A program made the position numbers and the translations under genes. A stretch of 62,026 bases of DNA, filler included, from Rhabdomonas costata (Eukaryota), in assembly GCA_019059605.1 (NCBI GenBank). It is 26 parts of 26 records of this genome, joined end to end, with 100 filler letters (N's around TTAATTAATTAA, not from the genome) between each part and the next. Parts side by side here need not be neighbours in the genome. Positions count along the whole stretch, not along the records: positions 59,751 to 62,026 come from JAHMHO010004278.1; 25 more parts are not named here. One strand, 5' to 3'. Under the pieces are notes generated by a model. It was not told the DNA's origin and searched no databases. It was given only the letters and a program-made list of their open reading frames with translations. Numbering within the stretch: the stretch's first letter is position 1; each line of letters opens with the position of its first letter. This document shows, piece after piece, positions 62,006 to 62,026 of the stretch.

Positions 62006-62026
62006 CATGTCGCCGCACCACCCCCC

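Noticed and set aside
1..62026. Gene neighbourhood or cluster interpretations (e.g. glycosyltransferases + methyltransferase + acyl-CoA synthetase as a biosynthetic cluster)
   Set aside because: The genes lie on different, unlinked contigs. Only the Sel1 and methyltransferase genes share a contig, and they have no evident functional link.

Overview
This is not one continuous locus. It is a concatenation of 26 short (~2.29 kb) assembly contigs joined by 100-nt spacers (44 N + TTAATTAATTAA + 44 N), so adjacency across spacers is meaningless. The DNA is eukaryotic, with GC-rich exons separated by spliceosomal GT-AG introns (one probably GC-AG), so most ORFs in the six-frame track are spurious or partial. 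Splicing exons by hand gives fragments of: a BMP/PnrA-type substrate-binding-domain protein, a CK1-group kinase, a LamG + Ig-like surface protein, LDAH, two glycosyltransferase-like proteins, an N-acylated C2-domain sterol glucosyltransferase, an axonemal dynein light chain (p28-type) domain protein, a strictosidine-synthase-like protein, a SHIPPO/PG-rich repeat protein, a Methyltransf_22-like protein, a Sel1-repeat protein, a PLK4-like kinase, a ZZ-like zinc-finger protein, a long-chain acyl-CoA synthetase and several hypothetical proteins. Repeats include decayed CRE/SLACS-like non-LTR retrotransposons, a Ty3/gypsy integrase fragment, MITE-like inverted repeats and a dispersed repeat shared by two contigs. 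One contig (28666-30953) has an exact 127-bp terminal overlap, marking a circular or tandem 2161-bp unit. Flagellar genes, a BMP-domain protein, CRE-like elements and splice acceptors just upstream of start codons suggest a flagellate protist, possibly a euglenid/euglenozoan; that is inference only. All family assignments come from motif recognition by eye, not from database searches. No CRISPR array, rRNA or tRNA was found, and I did not find a clearly new multi-gene system.
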